DNA of 25,078 nt, from IMG/VR virus record IMGVR_UViG_3300037851_000200, positions 1-25,078 of that record; one strand, given 5' to 3'. The first letter of the stretch is position 1. Every line of letters begins with the position of its first letter. A program made the translations under genes and the position numbers. This document shows positions 17,608-24,984 of the stretch, in pieces. A model generated the notes under the pieces. The model had not been told where the DNA came from and made no database searches. It was given only the letters and a program-made list of their open reading frames with translations. The DNA is from a virus. Taxonomy: Duplodnaviria > Caudoviricetes.

Positions 17608-18028
17608 AACTATTATCATTACTAATGTTGATACCGTTGAAAGCGACAGGGAATATGTTGAAATAATACACATGGCCAAAGACCGACTGCACGGGATCGG
17701 GCCGGAAATTCCAGATGCCGACGATGAGCTCCTTACAGAAATAGTAAAAGGCGAAAGGTATGTTGATCTACAGCGAGGAATAGATATTATTATCGGTTCT
17801 TCGGTAAAAGTTAAAAATATCCTACTCGCTCAATACGGGTCATGGAAATTGATTGAAAATTTTTTAAAGAATAGAATTGCGCACGAAAAGAAGCAGCGCG
17901 AAGTTATTGAAGCATTGTTAAAAAAATCAGAATCAAATGTCACAGAAAAATTATGTGAGTTAATTAAAATAAAAAGTGCAGGATTTTTTACACGGCTTAA
18001 ATGGCTTTTTACAGGAGTTAATACATGA
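17597..18028 (+). CDS. Hypothetical phage protein
   Basis: 143 aa; GGAG RBS before GTG; coiled coil then FFTRLKWLF amphipathic tail. Confidence 0.7.
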   Translation: MHPKTIIITNVDTVESDREYVEIIHMAKDRLHGIGPEIPDADDELLTEIVKGERYVDLQRGIDIIIGSSVKVKNILLAQYGSWKLIENFLKNRIAHEKKQREVIEALLKKSESNVTEKLCELIKIKSAGFFTRLKWLFTGVNT

Positions 18029-18201
18029 CCAATAAATCCAAAGAAGCAAAAATACGCAAAGACGAGCGCCGCAAGGTGTGGGAAGAGATATGTAAAGTCA
18101 TTCCGCCAGGTGATCTTCCAGGGGTTGGAAACGAAAGGCTGTCAATCAGAAACGGGATGATTATTGCGGCGGACATTGTGTACGAAATGGGAATAGAATA
18201 A
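18025..18201 (+). CDS. Hypothetical small protein
   Basis: 58 aa MTNKSKEAKIRKDERRKVWEEI...; AGGAG RBS and ATGA overlap; below the ORF-track cutoff. Confidence 0.65.
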   Translation: MTNKSKEAKIRKDERRKVWEEICKVIPPGDLPGVGNERLSIRNGMIIAADIVYEMGIE

Positions 18202-18205
18202 AGCT

Positions 18206-18571
18206 ATGAAACCAAATAAATTAATGCAAATGGAGTGGCTTAGGCAGTTTGCTTCAGAGCTTAGAAGTCTTATTCCAGATCACTCTAATTGCCGGTTTAT
18301 TCCAAGAAGAGAACCGTCCTCGGATGATGTTTTGTTTTGTCAAATAAACGTTGATGGTATTTATATATTATCAACGCTACGTTATAATGACAGATCTGGA
18401 TCTGGAGCTTTAGGATGGTGCCTTGCGTTCTCGGTGAACTTGTACGGAAGCTTAAAGGTTGTGTCTACAGCTGTAAGTGATATTGACTATCTTTCAAACG
18501 ACATAACACCAATGGCAAAATTACTAGCACAACACATAAACAGCTGTACTTCACCCCAACCAACCGCTTGA
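18206..18571 (+). CDS. Hypothetical protein converging on terL
   Basis: 121 aa; last gene of the plus-strand block; 3' end overlaps the terL 3' end by 21 nt. Confidence 0.6.
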   Translation: MKPNKLMQMEWLRQFASELRSLIPDHSNCRFIPRREPSSDDVLFCQINVDGIYILSTLRYNDRSGSGALGWCLAFSVNLYGSLKVVSTAVSDIDYLSNDITPMAKLLAQHINSCTSPQPTA

Positions 18572-19960
18572 AATGTGGAAGTGGTTTTTCTTTGCTGGCC
18601 TATTTATAGCATCAATAACATTGCTTCTTGTTGAAATGTGGCTTGCTAAATAATACCTTGTTTCATCACAAACGTGATCCCAGTTATTAGATGAAATGTC
18701 GTCAGGGTTGTCTGGATCGCGCACCTGCATTTGAAAACACTCGTAAAAGGTGTTGTTGTACCCTTCCCATGCAAAGCTCTTGGCTTCTTTGGTAATTGTA
18801 TCAACCCCGAAATATTCTTGACATATCCTCCACCCGTTCACGCGGGCATTAGGGGCAGGCACAAACTTCCATCCGGTAACTTCCATAAAAATATCGGCTA
18901 CGCTTTTCGGAGTAGCGCCTAAACCAAGCTCTTTTCTTTTCGCAAATATCGCCGGATCAGCACGGACTATTTTTGGAGGACGTCCACCAGTAAACCCAAA
19001 GGTTGATATATATTCAAGAAGCTCTTGCGCCTGTTCCCCGGCCGTATGCCCGAGCTTATGATACCATGTCAACACACGATGCGGACGTCCCTGCTTGTCG
19101 GTATACCACAACCCGAAAGACGAATGTCCGGTATCGCTACTACCGAAGTCAAAAGAACCTTCAAGCGTATCGGCCTCATCAGTAGTTATGTGGTGCGGTG
19201 CCTCAAGTTCTGGCATGTGATGGAACATTTGACCGGCAAGTGCATCCCAGTCGCCCTCTATCCATGCCCTTTGGATTGCTTCGGGCAAAAGCCTTAATGT
19301 CTGTTCATACGTTCCTGGGAGCTTGTAATTTTCACGCAGCTTGAGCGGAATAAAAATTCTCGACAGTCCAGACGATGGGTCAACCCACGCCTTTTCTCTT
19401 GCGCAATCAACAAACCTTTTTTTTACCCACATATGCCCGACGTTACCAGGATTTCCGGAACTCATGCACTGAGGACGTAACTCAGGAACGCTTGACCTAC
19501 ACGAACCAAGCACCATCAAGTAGCGAGTTTCGTCGGGGATAATGTTTATTTCTTCAAGCAGCACCTTTTGATATTCATGACCTACATAATGCGACCACGA
19601 GTCTTTATTCGCAAGGTGTCCTAGGGTGCCGCGACCTCCGCCTGGAAACTTTATAGTGCATGGACTTCCACCTATCTCAATGGATGATCCACAAAATGCT
19701 TTCATGCGGAAAATCCAATCGTCAAGATCGTTTGAATTTTTACGGAGAATCAAAGCCCGATACATTGGGTTGTTGAGGTATTCGGGCTCAAGTAGCCACG
19801 CCCGACCGACTTCGGATTTTCCACCACCGCGTTCACCACCACAGAACACCTCAAACTCAGAACGGCGAAGGGCTTCGTTCTGACGTTTGTTTAAGGGCTT
19901 CCACGTTTTTATATTGGAATTAGATGCGGGTAAAACAGGATCAATTACACTATCAGACAT
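18551..19960 (-). CDS. terL: Terminase large subunit
   Basis: 469 aa; Walker A GGERGGGKS, Walker B KVLLEE, SGNPG coupling motif, RNase H-like nuclease FDFG...DP...DHVCDETRY. Confidence 0.95.
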   Translation of the reverse strand: MSDSVIDPVLPASNSNIKTWKPLNKRQNEALRRSEFEVFCGGERGGGKSEVGRAWLLEPEYLNNPMYRALILRKNSNDLDDWIFRMKAFCGSSIEIGGSPCTIKFPGGGRGTLGHLANKDSWSHYVGHEYQKVLLEEINIIPDETRYLMVLGSCRSSVPELRPQCMSSGNPGNVGHMWVKKRFVDCAREKAWVDPSSGLSRIFIPLKLRENYKLPGTYEQTLRLLPEAIQRAWIEGDWDALAGQMFHHMPELEAPHHITTDEADTLEGSFDFGSSDTGHSSFGLWYTDKQGRPHRVLTWYHKLGHTAGEQAQELLEYISTFGFTGGRPPKIVRADPAIFAKRKELGLGATPKSVADIFMEVTGWKFVPAPNARVNGWRICQEYFGVDTITKEAKSFAWEGYNNTFYECFQMQVRDPDNPDDISSNNWDHVCDETRYYLASHISTRSNVIDAINRPAKKNHFHISSGWLG

Positions 19961-19963
19961 GGA

Positions 19964-20377
19964 TCAAACATCTACAGGCGCACCGACTTCGGCCTTTTGA
20001 GGAAGTTCAACACGGGTAACTTGAAGCCCGCCTGAATGCTCTGTTTCGATTCTGTCTTTCCATCCCATATTCTTTAAAATAAAAATTGGACCGGCTGCAT
20101 TCTTGCTATGAGACGCCATGATCTCGTAGTTTTCTTCAACCATAAGAAGCGCCTTTTTAATAATGCAAGAAAACCCGGGTCTTTTTTCGTAGTCATAAAT
20201 ACTTTGTCTGTCAACGAATCCGAGAGCTAATGCCAATCCGCACACAGACTTAGGCTTCGGGCTGTCTGGATTATCACACATTGTAAAATATAGATCAACA
20301 GCGCTTTGCAGGTCTTCGGGGGTTTTGTACTTCATCGGTCTACCCCCAAGATCAACAGCATTATTCATTTTCCGCAC
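19964..20377 (-). CDS. terS: Terminase small subunit (P22 gp3-like)
   Basis: GRPMKYKTPEDL...YF, GLALALGF.DRQS..DY, IFILKNMGWKD; directly upstream of terL; true start may be ATG 20368. Confidence 0.9.
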   Translation of the reverse strand: MRKMNNAVDLGGRPMKYKTPEDLQSAVDLYFTMCDNPDSPKPKSVCGLALALGFVDRQSIYDYEKRPGFSCIIKKALLMVEENYEIMASHSKNAAGPIFILKNMGWKDRIETEHSGGLQVTRVELPQKAEVGAPVDV

Positions 20378-20396
20378 CCGCCTTTTTTCTTTTCGT

Positions 20397-20636
20397 TCAT
20401 TTCTTGCCTCGCTTTGGTTTGACCGGTTCGGCTACTTCAGTGATAACGGTTTCGTTTATCGCATTGAACTCTTCAGGCATAGTCTTTTCTTCAGCTTTGA
20501 TAGCACCGATCTTTTCACAAGCCGAACAATCCTCGACCCTGCTGCCATCAAGCTCCCTTGCCGCATCCTGGGTAGGGGCGTCGCCATGAAGCTTTCCCCA
20601 GTCGATCAGTATTTTAAGCGCCATTTGCTTATTCAT
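20397..20636 (-). CDS. Hypothetical protein upstream of terS
   Basis: 79 aa; GGAGAG RBS; CxxC and basic tail KPKRGKK. Confidence 0.7.
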   Translation of the reverse strand: MNKQMALKILIDWGKLHGDAPTQDAARELDGSRVEDCSACEKIGAIKAEEKTMPEEFNAINETVITEVAEPVKPKRGKK

Positions 20637-20656
20637 TTAACTCTCCGGTTATCAAC

Positions 20657-20685
20657 AATATAATCAAAACCACACCGGAATACAA
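20657..20685 (-). promoter_or_regulatory. Sigma70-type promoter for the terminase unit
   Basis: Minus strand TTGTAT-17 nt-TATATT; a second candidate TTGTAT-16 nt-TATAAT lies at 20748-20775. Confidence 0.6.
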
Positions 20686-20786
20686 TTTTTACTTTGATGT
20701 TGTGATGATATGCGGGCTTAGATGCTACTTGCGGCTATAGGATATAAATTATACAACTGCCGTGTTAAAATACAAGATGTAATTTA

Positions 20787-20799
20787 TAAGGTGTTGATT
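20787..20799 (-). promoter_or_regulatory. IHF consensus site
   Basis: AATCAACACCTTA matches WATCAANNNNTTR exactly, in AT-rich intergenic DNA. Confidence 0.55.
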
Positions 20800-20986
20800 T
20801 ATAACGGTGATAAAGTGTACACGTTTTGTATACATGGAGAAAAACTGGATAGTTTTACGATATATTATAATAGTCCGACCATGCCGAATCGGCCATATAT
20901 TACTCAGTACCGATCATACTCACCCGGGTGAATGTTTATCACAAAGCCCCTTTCCAACATTTCCGACACACCCTAAACTCATAAAA

Positions 20987-21136
20987 TCACCCCCCCCCTT
21001 CCGCCGTAATTGAATAAATATGCGCCCTCTTCTCCCTCGCCTGAATTGCCCGCCTGATATTCCGCGCCTGATCCCATGTGAGATCACGGTATACCTTTTT
21101 GACCCGACGGCCGGAGTATACGGTCAGGCGGTACAT
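20987..21136 (-). CDS. Small Arg-rich hypothetical protein
   Basis: 49 aa MYRLTVYSGRRVKKVYRDLTWDQARNIRRAIQ...; overlaps the upstream ORF end; hand-translated. Confidence 0.45.
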   Translation of the reverse strand: MYRLTVYSGRRVKKVYRDLTWDQARNIRRAIQAREKRAHIYSITAEGGG

Positions 21137-21294
21137 TTTTCCGCCCCGTACTCAATATTGAGATTGTAGTTTTCGCTTACAGGATCCTTGCTTACCTCAG
21201 CCGCAATAAAATTCAGTAGCTCCACCGACCCGGTGAACACCGCAACAGGCTTTTCATCCGGCCTGTTTTTCCAGCTGATTGTTAATTTACTCAT
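21124..21294 (-). CDS. Small hypothetical protein
   Basis: 56 aa MSKLTISWKNRPDEKPVAVFTGSVELL...; GGGGG RBS; overlaps the upstream stop; hand-translated. Confidence 0.55.
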   Translation of the reverse strand: MSKLTISWKNRPDEKPVAVFTGSVELLNFIAAEVSKDPVSENYNLNIEYGAEKCTA

Positions 21295-21721
21295 GATTTT
21301 CCCCCATCATCAACAACGCCGCTTCGCGCACCGCTTCGGTCAAAATTTCCCGGCAAATATCAGCAGTTTGTTTTCTGTTTTTAGCTCTTGCGGCGTCGGT
21401 GTCGGCGGTGTCGGCGGCGTCGGCGGCGGCGGCGGCGTCGGATAGTTCGTCTCGGCTTATCTTACCATCGGCAAAATCCAGCGCCGCCTGAACTGCTTTT
21501 TTGCTCCTTTCGTCTCGCATCAGGTGCTCAACGGTTTTTGCGCAAAGCGCCTTAGCCCGGAACAGCAACTTTTCATCAACTCTCAATTTTTTAGCTATTG
21601 TCAACATCCAGTCGCCGCGCTGACACTCGTTCCACCACTGCTCAGAAGAATCGCATTTTTCGTACTCCTGTAAAAAACTGTCACAAAAATCCCACTTGCT
21701 AACATCAAGTTTTAATCCCAT
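21287..21721 (-). CDS. Hypothetical phage protein with Ala/Asp low-complexity tract
   Basis: CQRGDWML...DERS..AV.AA..FADG...AAAAADAADTAD...ADICRE, a pattern common in phage early genes; start re-chosen at the ATG with a GAGG RBS. Confidence 0.75.
   Translation of the reverse strand: MGLKLDVSKWDFCDSFLQEYEKCDSSEQWWNECQRGDWMLTIAKKLRVDEKLLFRAKALCAKTVEHLMRDERSKKAVQAALDFADGKISRDELSDAAAAADAADTADTDAARAKNRKQTADICREILTEAVREAALLMMGENHE
21391..21440. repeat. GC-rich (CGG/GTCGG)n low-complexity tract
   Basis: cggcgtcggtgtcggcggtgtcggcggcgtcggcggcggcggcggcgtcg, encoding the Ala/Asp/Thr run on the minus strand. Confidence 0.8.
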
Positions 21722-21890
21722 TGCAAACCTCTTTTCTTTTATGTAAATTTTCATACTGTTTAATTACAATTCTGCACTCCCTCACCACCCGAAGCGCCGC
21801 CATAGCCTGAGAACGCCGTCCCTGACTTCGCAGGGATTCGGCATCCTCCAGCGCCACGGCGAGGTTGTATCGGGCTATTTCGAGGGTCAT
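21705..21890 (-). CDS. Hypothetical protein
   Basis: 61 aa MTLEIARYNL...; ATGA overlap with the upstream gene. Confidence 0.6.
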   Translation of the reverse strand: MTLEIARYNLAVALEDAESLRSQGRRSQAMAALRVVRECRIVIKQYENLHKRKEVCNGIKT

Positions 21891-22168
21891 TTTAGGCTGT
21901 CCAATACACGGCAAATAAACACGCACGACTCGTACAATCCGATATATTTTTTTGCGTCACTATAACCAGCTGATACCAATGCACGGATATGCGATTTCCA
22001 GTAATTCTCCGATTCGAAATCAATGTCACAAATGATTTTATCAACAAAATCATCGGTATAAACAGTCGTGTCGGGAAATTTATTGAGCATCTCGTTGCGG
22101 GCGTACTGCTCTAGTATGGTTTTGGGCTCGACCGTGAGGACTCGCGATAAAACTGTTTTAAAATTCAT
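21887..22168 (-). CDS. Hypothetical protein, first gene of the leftward unit
   Basis: 93 aa; AGGAG RBS. Confidence 0.75.
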   Translation of the reverse strand: MNFKTVLSRVLTVEPKTILEQYARNEMLNKFPDTTVYTDDFVDKIICDIDFESENYWKSHIRALVSAGYSDAKKYIGLYESCVFICRVLDSLK

Positions 22169-22210
22169 GCCGTACTCCTATGGTTGATGTTTTAGATATA
22201 ATAATAGATA

Positions 22211-22226
22211 TGCAACTTTGGTGCCA
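22211..22226 (-). promoter_or_regulatory. Sigma54 (RpoN)-type -24/-12 promoter, leftward
   Basis: TGGCACCAAAGTTGCA = TGGCAC-N5-TTGCA with exact GG-N10-GC spacing, about 43 nt upstream of ATG 22168. Confidence 0.75.
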
Positions 22227-22499
22227 ATCAAAAACATCGAATAGCACTCAGTTTTCGCATTTTCTCTTCAAAAACCTGTAAAAAATCTTGAATTCTGTCG
22301 ATATTTTTTACAATTCTTAATTTTAATAAAAAGTAGCTTAATTTGAATGAAAACATCGTTTTTGGTTTGCAATTAATAATAAACCAAAAAAGGGCGTCGA
22401 AATATTTTACACTGTCAGGTTTTGAGAGAAAATATAGGCTATTTTTGGATGAAAAACGGCCTATATAGTGATGTAATGGGCGCTCGATTTTATCTTTTT

Positions 22500-22515
22500 T
22501 GGCACGGTTATCGCT
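22500..22515 (+). promoter_or_regulatory. Sigma54 (RpoN)-type -24/-12 promoter, rightward
   Basis: TGGCACGGTTATCGCT with GG-N10-GC spacing, about 43 nt upstream of ATG 22558. Confidence 0.7.
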
Positions 22516-22557
22516 TATTACAATACACATCGATAACATCAACCGGAGGGACCAAAA

Positions 22558-23148
22558 ATGGAAAAGTCAGCCAGCAAAAAAGTAATCCTGTCAAACGGGC
22601 TTGAAGTCACGATCAGCATTACCAGGTCAATAACCGAAATCAAGGGCGACGGGTGGGAGACGGTTGACGAGACATTGTACATTGAGCGCACTTCGATTAG
22701 TTTCAAAGCGCCAAACGGCGAGCGTAGGGACGGAAGCGGGCTGTCGGTGCTTACAAAGATGTGGGGAGACGATGCTGCTGCGATGGACAAAGGCGCCTAC
22801 GGCAAGATCGATGGGGCATGTATGTATCTCAAGCGCGAGAGTTACGATGTGTTAAAATCGGCTCTTGACGAGGTATCTGCAGACGCGATGTTCCAGGAGT
22901 GGGAAAAATACGTGACTGATGAGGCGGCGAAGAAACTTGCCTCAGAAATAGCAGCGGCGGAAGAGGTCGTCAGGGCTGGCGACGATGAGATGCGCGGCGG
23001 AAAAAAACTTATGACGGCGGCGGAAATTAAAGCATGGCACAGAGGCTACAACAATATCCACAATGAGGGCGGTAGCGGATACGTCCCGGATCGCACATCA
23101 ATCGAGTCATACAACCACGCAAAGTCAATCTTGGGGGGTGCAAAATGA
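22558..23148 (+). CDS. Hypothetical phage protein
   Basis: 196 aa; GGAGG RBS; C-terminal YNNIHNEGGSGYVP motif. Confidence 0.8.
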   Translation: MEKSASKKVILSNGLEVTISITRSITEIKGDGWETVDETLYIERTSISFKAPNGERRDGSGLSVLTKMWGDDAAAMDKGAYGKIDGACMYLKRESYDVLKSALDEVSADAMFQEWEKYVTDEAAKKLASEIAAAEEVVRAGDDEMRGGKKLMTAAEIKAWHRGYNNIHNEGGSGYVPDRTSIESYNHAKSILGGAK

Positions 23149-23399
23149 AAACAGTAATGCTCAAATGTCAATCAAGTGGAATGATGCAGCTCAATCCAGG
23201 CGCGAAGCCCGGCCCGACACCGACGATGTACAATGTCGCCGTCGAAAACGTCCCCGACGATGTGGCTGACACGGTTGTCCGTGATACAATCAACAAGACC
23301 GTCGTTGCGTGTCCGTATGATATGTATGTTTGGGATTGGTCGGATTTCGGAAGATCGAATCTTGTCAACTATTACAAAAAGGCTTCTTCGGATAGGTAA
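23145..23399 (+). CDS. Hypothetical protein
   Basis: 84 aa; ATGA overlap; GGGGGG RBS. Confidence 0.7.
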   Translation: MKTVMLKCQSSGMMQLNPGAKPGPTPTMYNVAVENVPDDVADTVVRDTINKTVVACPYDMYVWDWSDFGRSNLVNYYKKASSDR

Positions 23400-23472
23400 T
23401 TTAACCCGCGCCCGGCGGATGCCGTGCAATTTAACAGCAAACAACTGCGAAACCTGAGCGACGGAGGACGGA

Positions 23473-23805
23473 ATGAACTTCAGCGAAAAAATGATGATTG
23501 ACGGAATCGATGTCGAATACGATTTTGACGGAGTTTATGCCCATGTTAAAATGGTCCCCGGTGAAATTGTATCTATGGATGCGCACATCAATTACCTGCA
23601 CAAACTCGGTAGGGAACACTACGACACACCCGCATCGATAGCCTCGTGTGGTTGTAAATCGTGTAATGCGTCGCGTCGTCAACACAGAAAACGATGTCAC
23701 GGATGGGATAAAAAAACGATTCAAGAATTCGGAACCGTCGCCCGGTTCGGTATGTCTCAAAACGATATGAACAGAAAAATAGAATCCACTTGCAGGGGCT
23801 GGTAA
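23473..23805 (+). CDS. Hypothetical protein with Cys/His cluster
   Basis: 110 aa; GGAGG RBS; CGCKSC...HRKRCH. Confidence 0.7.
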   Translation: MNFSEKMMIDGIDVEYDFDGVYAHVKMVPGEIVSMDAHINYLHKLGREHYDTPASIASCGCKSCNASRRQHRKRCHGWDKKTIQEFGTVARFGMSQNDMNRKIESTCRGW

Positions 23806-23878
23806 GACCACCATCACCGCGCCGTCGCGCCCGATCTTGAAACATGCCGGAAACGGCGGGAGATATGGGAGCTAAAAA

Positions 23879-23956
23879 ATGCCTGAAATAGAAATCATCG
23901 TCCAGATACCGGAATCTGATTTTTTCGACGAACACCTTGAACCAGTGGAGGAATGA
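23879..23956 (+). CDS. 25-aa acidic mini-ORF
   Basis: MPEIEIIVQIPESDFFDEHLEPVEE with GGGAG RBS. Confidence 0.35.
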   Translation: MPEIEIIVQIPESDFFDEHLEPVEE

Positions 23957-23957
23957 C

Positions 23958-24155
23958 GTGGAAATAATAATTTTTGTAGTCGCCCCAGTATTGGGTGTAT
24001 TTGTCATAGTTACACTCGCACTGCTTTGTATACCGCAGAGCAAAAACGTCGAAACGTTTCCGTGCCTGAAATGCGGAGAAGTGTTTTATTCCTACGCAGC
24101 ATACAAGGAGCACGTTGAAAACTGCATTCCTGAAATCGACTGCCCGGAATGGTGA
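23958..24155 (+). CDS. Membrane-anchored protein with a C2HC zinc finger
   Basis: GTG start after GGAGG; N-terminal hydrophobic helix; FPCLKCGEVFYSYAAYKEHVENC = C-x2-C-x12-H-x3-C. Confidence 0.7.
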   Translation: MEIIIFVVAPVLGVFVIVTLALLCIPQSKNVETFPCLKCGEVFYSYAAYKEHVENCIPEIDCPEW

Positions 24156-24157
24156 TT

Positions 24158-24373
24158 ATGAAAAGAATTACGATTGAATTGATAAATGCAATTGTCGAAG
24201 CGGCAGATCGTGTCGGCGGAATAAGCAATCTCGAAATGCCGTCATGCAGAAAAAAAATATTGTTTATCACGATGCGAAAGCAGCGAAGACGCTGGCGCGA
24301 TTGTGTCGGAAGCGGCCACCTGTGGTTTAATAATCGAACCACGCATTCTACCGGAATCGTAAAAATATTTTAG
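24158..24373 (+). CDS. Hypothetical basic protein
   Basis: 71 aa; GGTG RBS; starts 2 nt after the upstream stop. Confidence 0.55.
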   Translation: MKRITIELINAIVEAADRVGGISNLEMPSCRKKILFITMRKQRRRWRDCVGSGHLWFNNRTTHSTGIVKIF

Positions 24374-24378
24374 AAATA

Positions 24379-24408
24379 TTGCGTAATTGAAATTTTATAT
24401 AGTATATT
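24379..24408 (+). promoter_or_regulatory. Sigma70-type promoter
   Basis: TTGCGT-18 nt-TATATT, 7 nt before ATG 24416. Confidence 0.5.
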
Positions 24409-24415
24409 ATACAAT

Positions 24416-24628
24416 ATGAAAACAAAATCAACGCAGTTCAAGGGAAGAAACTTAAGGCTTCCGGAAATAGTCACTGATGCCATGAAAAAGCATTCGAAAG
24501 AACTAAAGGGGTGCCCGCGCCCTTCGGTTGGGAGTATAAACCATTTCGCAGTTTTTGCAATACTTGAAATGCTTAAAAATCAATTTGGTGAAAATTTTAA
24601 GTATTTGTATCCTGAGTTTTATCAATAG
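24416..24628 (+). CDS. Arc/Mnt-like ribbon-helix-helix DNA-binding protein
   Basis: 70 aa; NLRLPE strand-helix motif and SIN...AI second helix. Confidence 0.65.
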   Translation: MKTKSTQFKGRNLRLPEIVTDAMKKHSKELKGCPRPSVGSINHFAVFAILEMLKNQFGENFKYLYPEFYQ

Positions 24629-24696
24629 TTTAGTATTATATATTTCATGATAAAAGTAGTTGTTTGCAATTTGGCCTTAAAAGAAAGGTTTTTTAT

Positions 24697-24942
24697 ATGA
24701 GCGGCGCAAAAAAATATCAGATTAACAACGATGGGTATTGGCTTAACGTTGGCTCACCGTGCGCTTTTGGTGCTCAAGAAAACGTAATTTGCATACGTAC
24801 CGATTTGCCGATAGACATAGCAACATCATTAGCGGAACTTGGATGCGCCGCTCTGAATGCAGTGGAAGCGGCCAAACATGCAAACAACAGCCGCGTTACG
24901 CAAGGGGCGAAACGCCCACATGCGCGGAAGCGCACGTCGTAA
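24697..24942 (+). CDS. Hypothetical protein whose 3' end runs into a palindrome
   Basis: 81 aa from ATG 24697; AAAGG RBS. Confidence 0.6.
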   Translation: MSGAKKYQINNDGYWLNVGSPCAFGAQENVICIRTDLPIDIATSLAELGCAALNAVEAAKHANNSRVTQGAKRPHARKRTS

Positions 24943-24959
24943 CACGGCAAGCGTTGGTA
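24882..24959 (+). repeat. attC-like imperfect palindrome
   Basis: CAAC-A-GCCGCGTTACG ... CGTAACACGGC-AAGC-GTTG with two internal hairpins; 78 nt. Confidence 0.5.
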
Positions 24960-24984
24960 AAAATAAACTTTTCTTTGGAGTTGT

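Noticed and set aside
20990-20998. C9 homopolymer as a phase-variation switch
   Set aside because: Lies at the extreme 3' end of a doubtful 49-aa ORF; no evidence of a split gene
21391-21440. GC repeat as CRISPR, VNTR or DGR variable region
   Set aside because: No repeat-spacer structure, no template copy and no reverse transcriptase in the window; it encodes an Ala/Asp tract
22228-22542. 104-aa minus-strand ORF in the AT-rich divergent region
   Set aside because: Overlaps both promoter and enhancer-like elements, has AT-driven composition and no RBS; better explained as regulatory DNA
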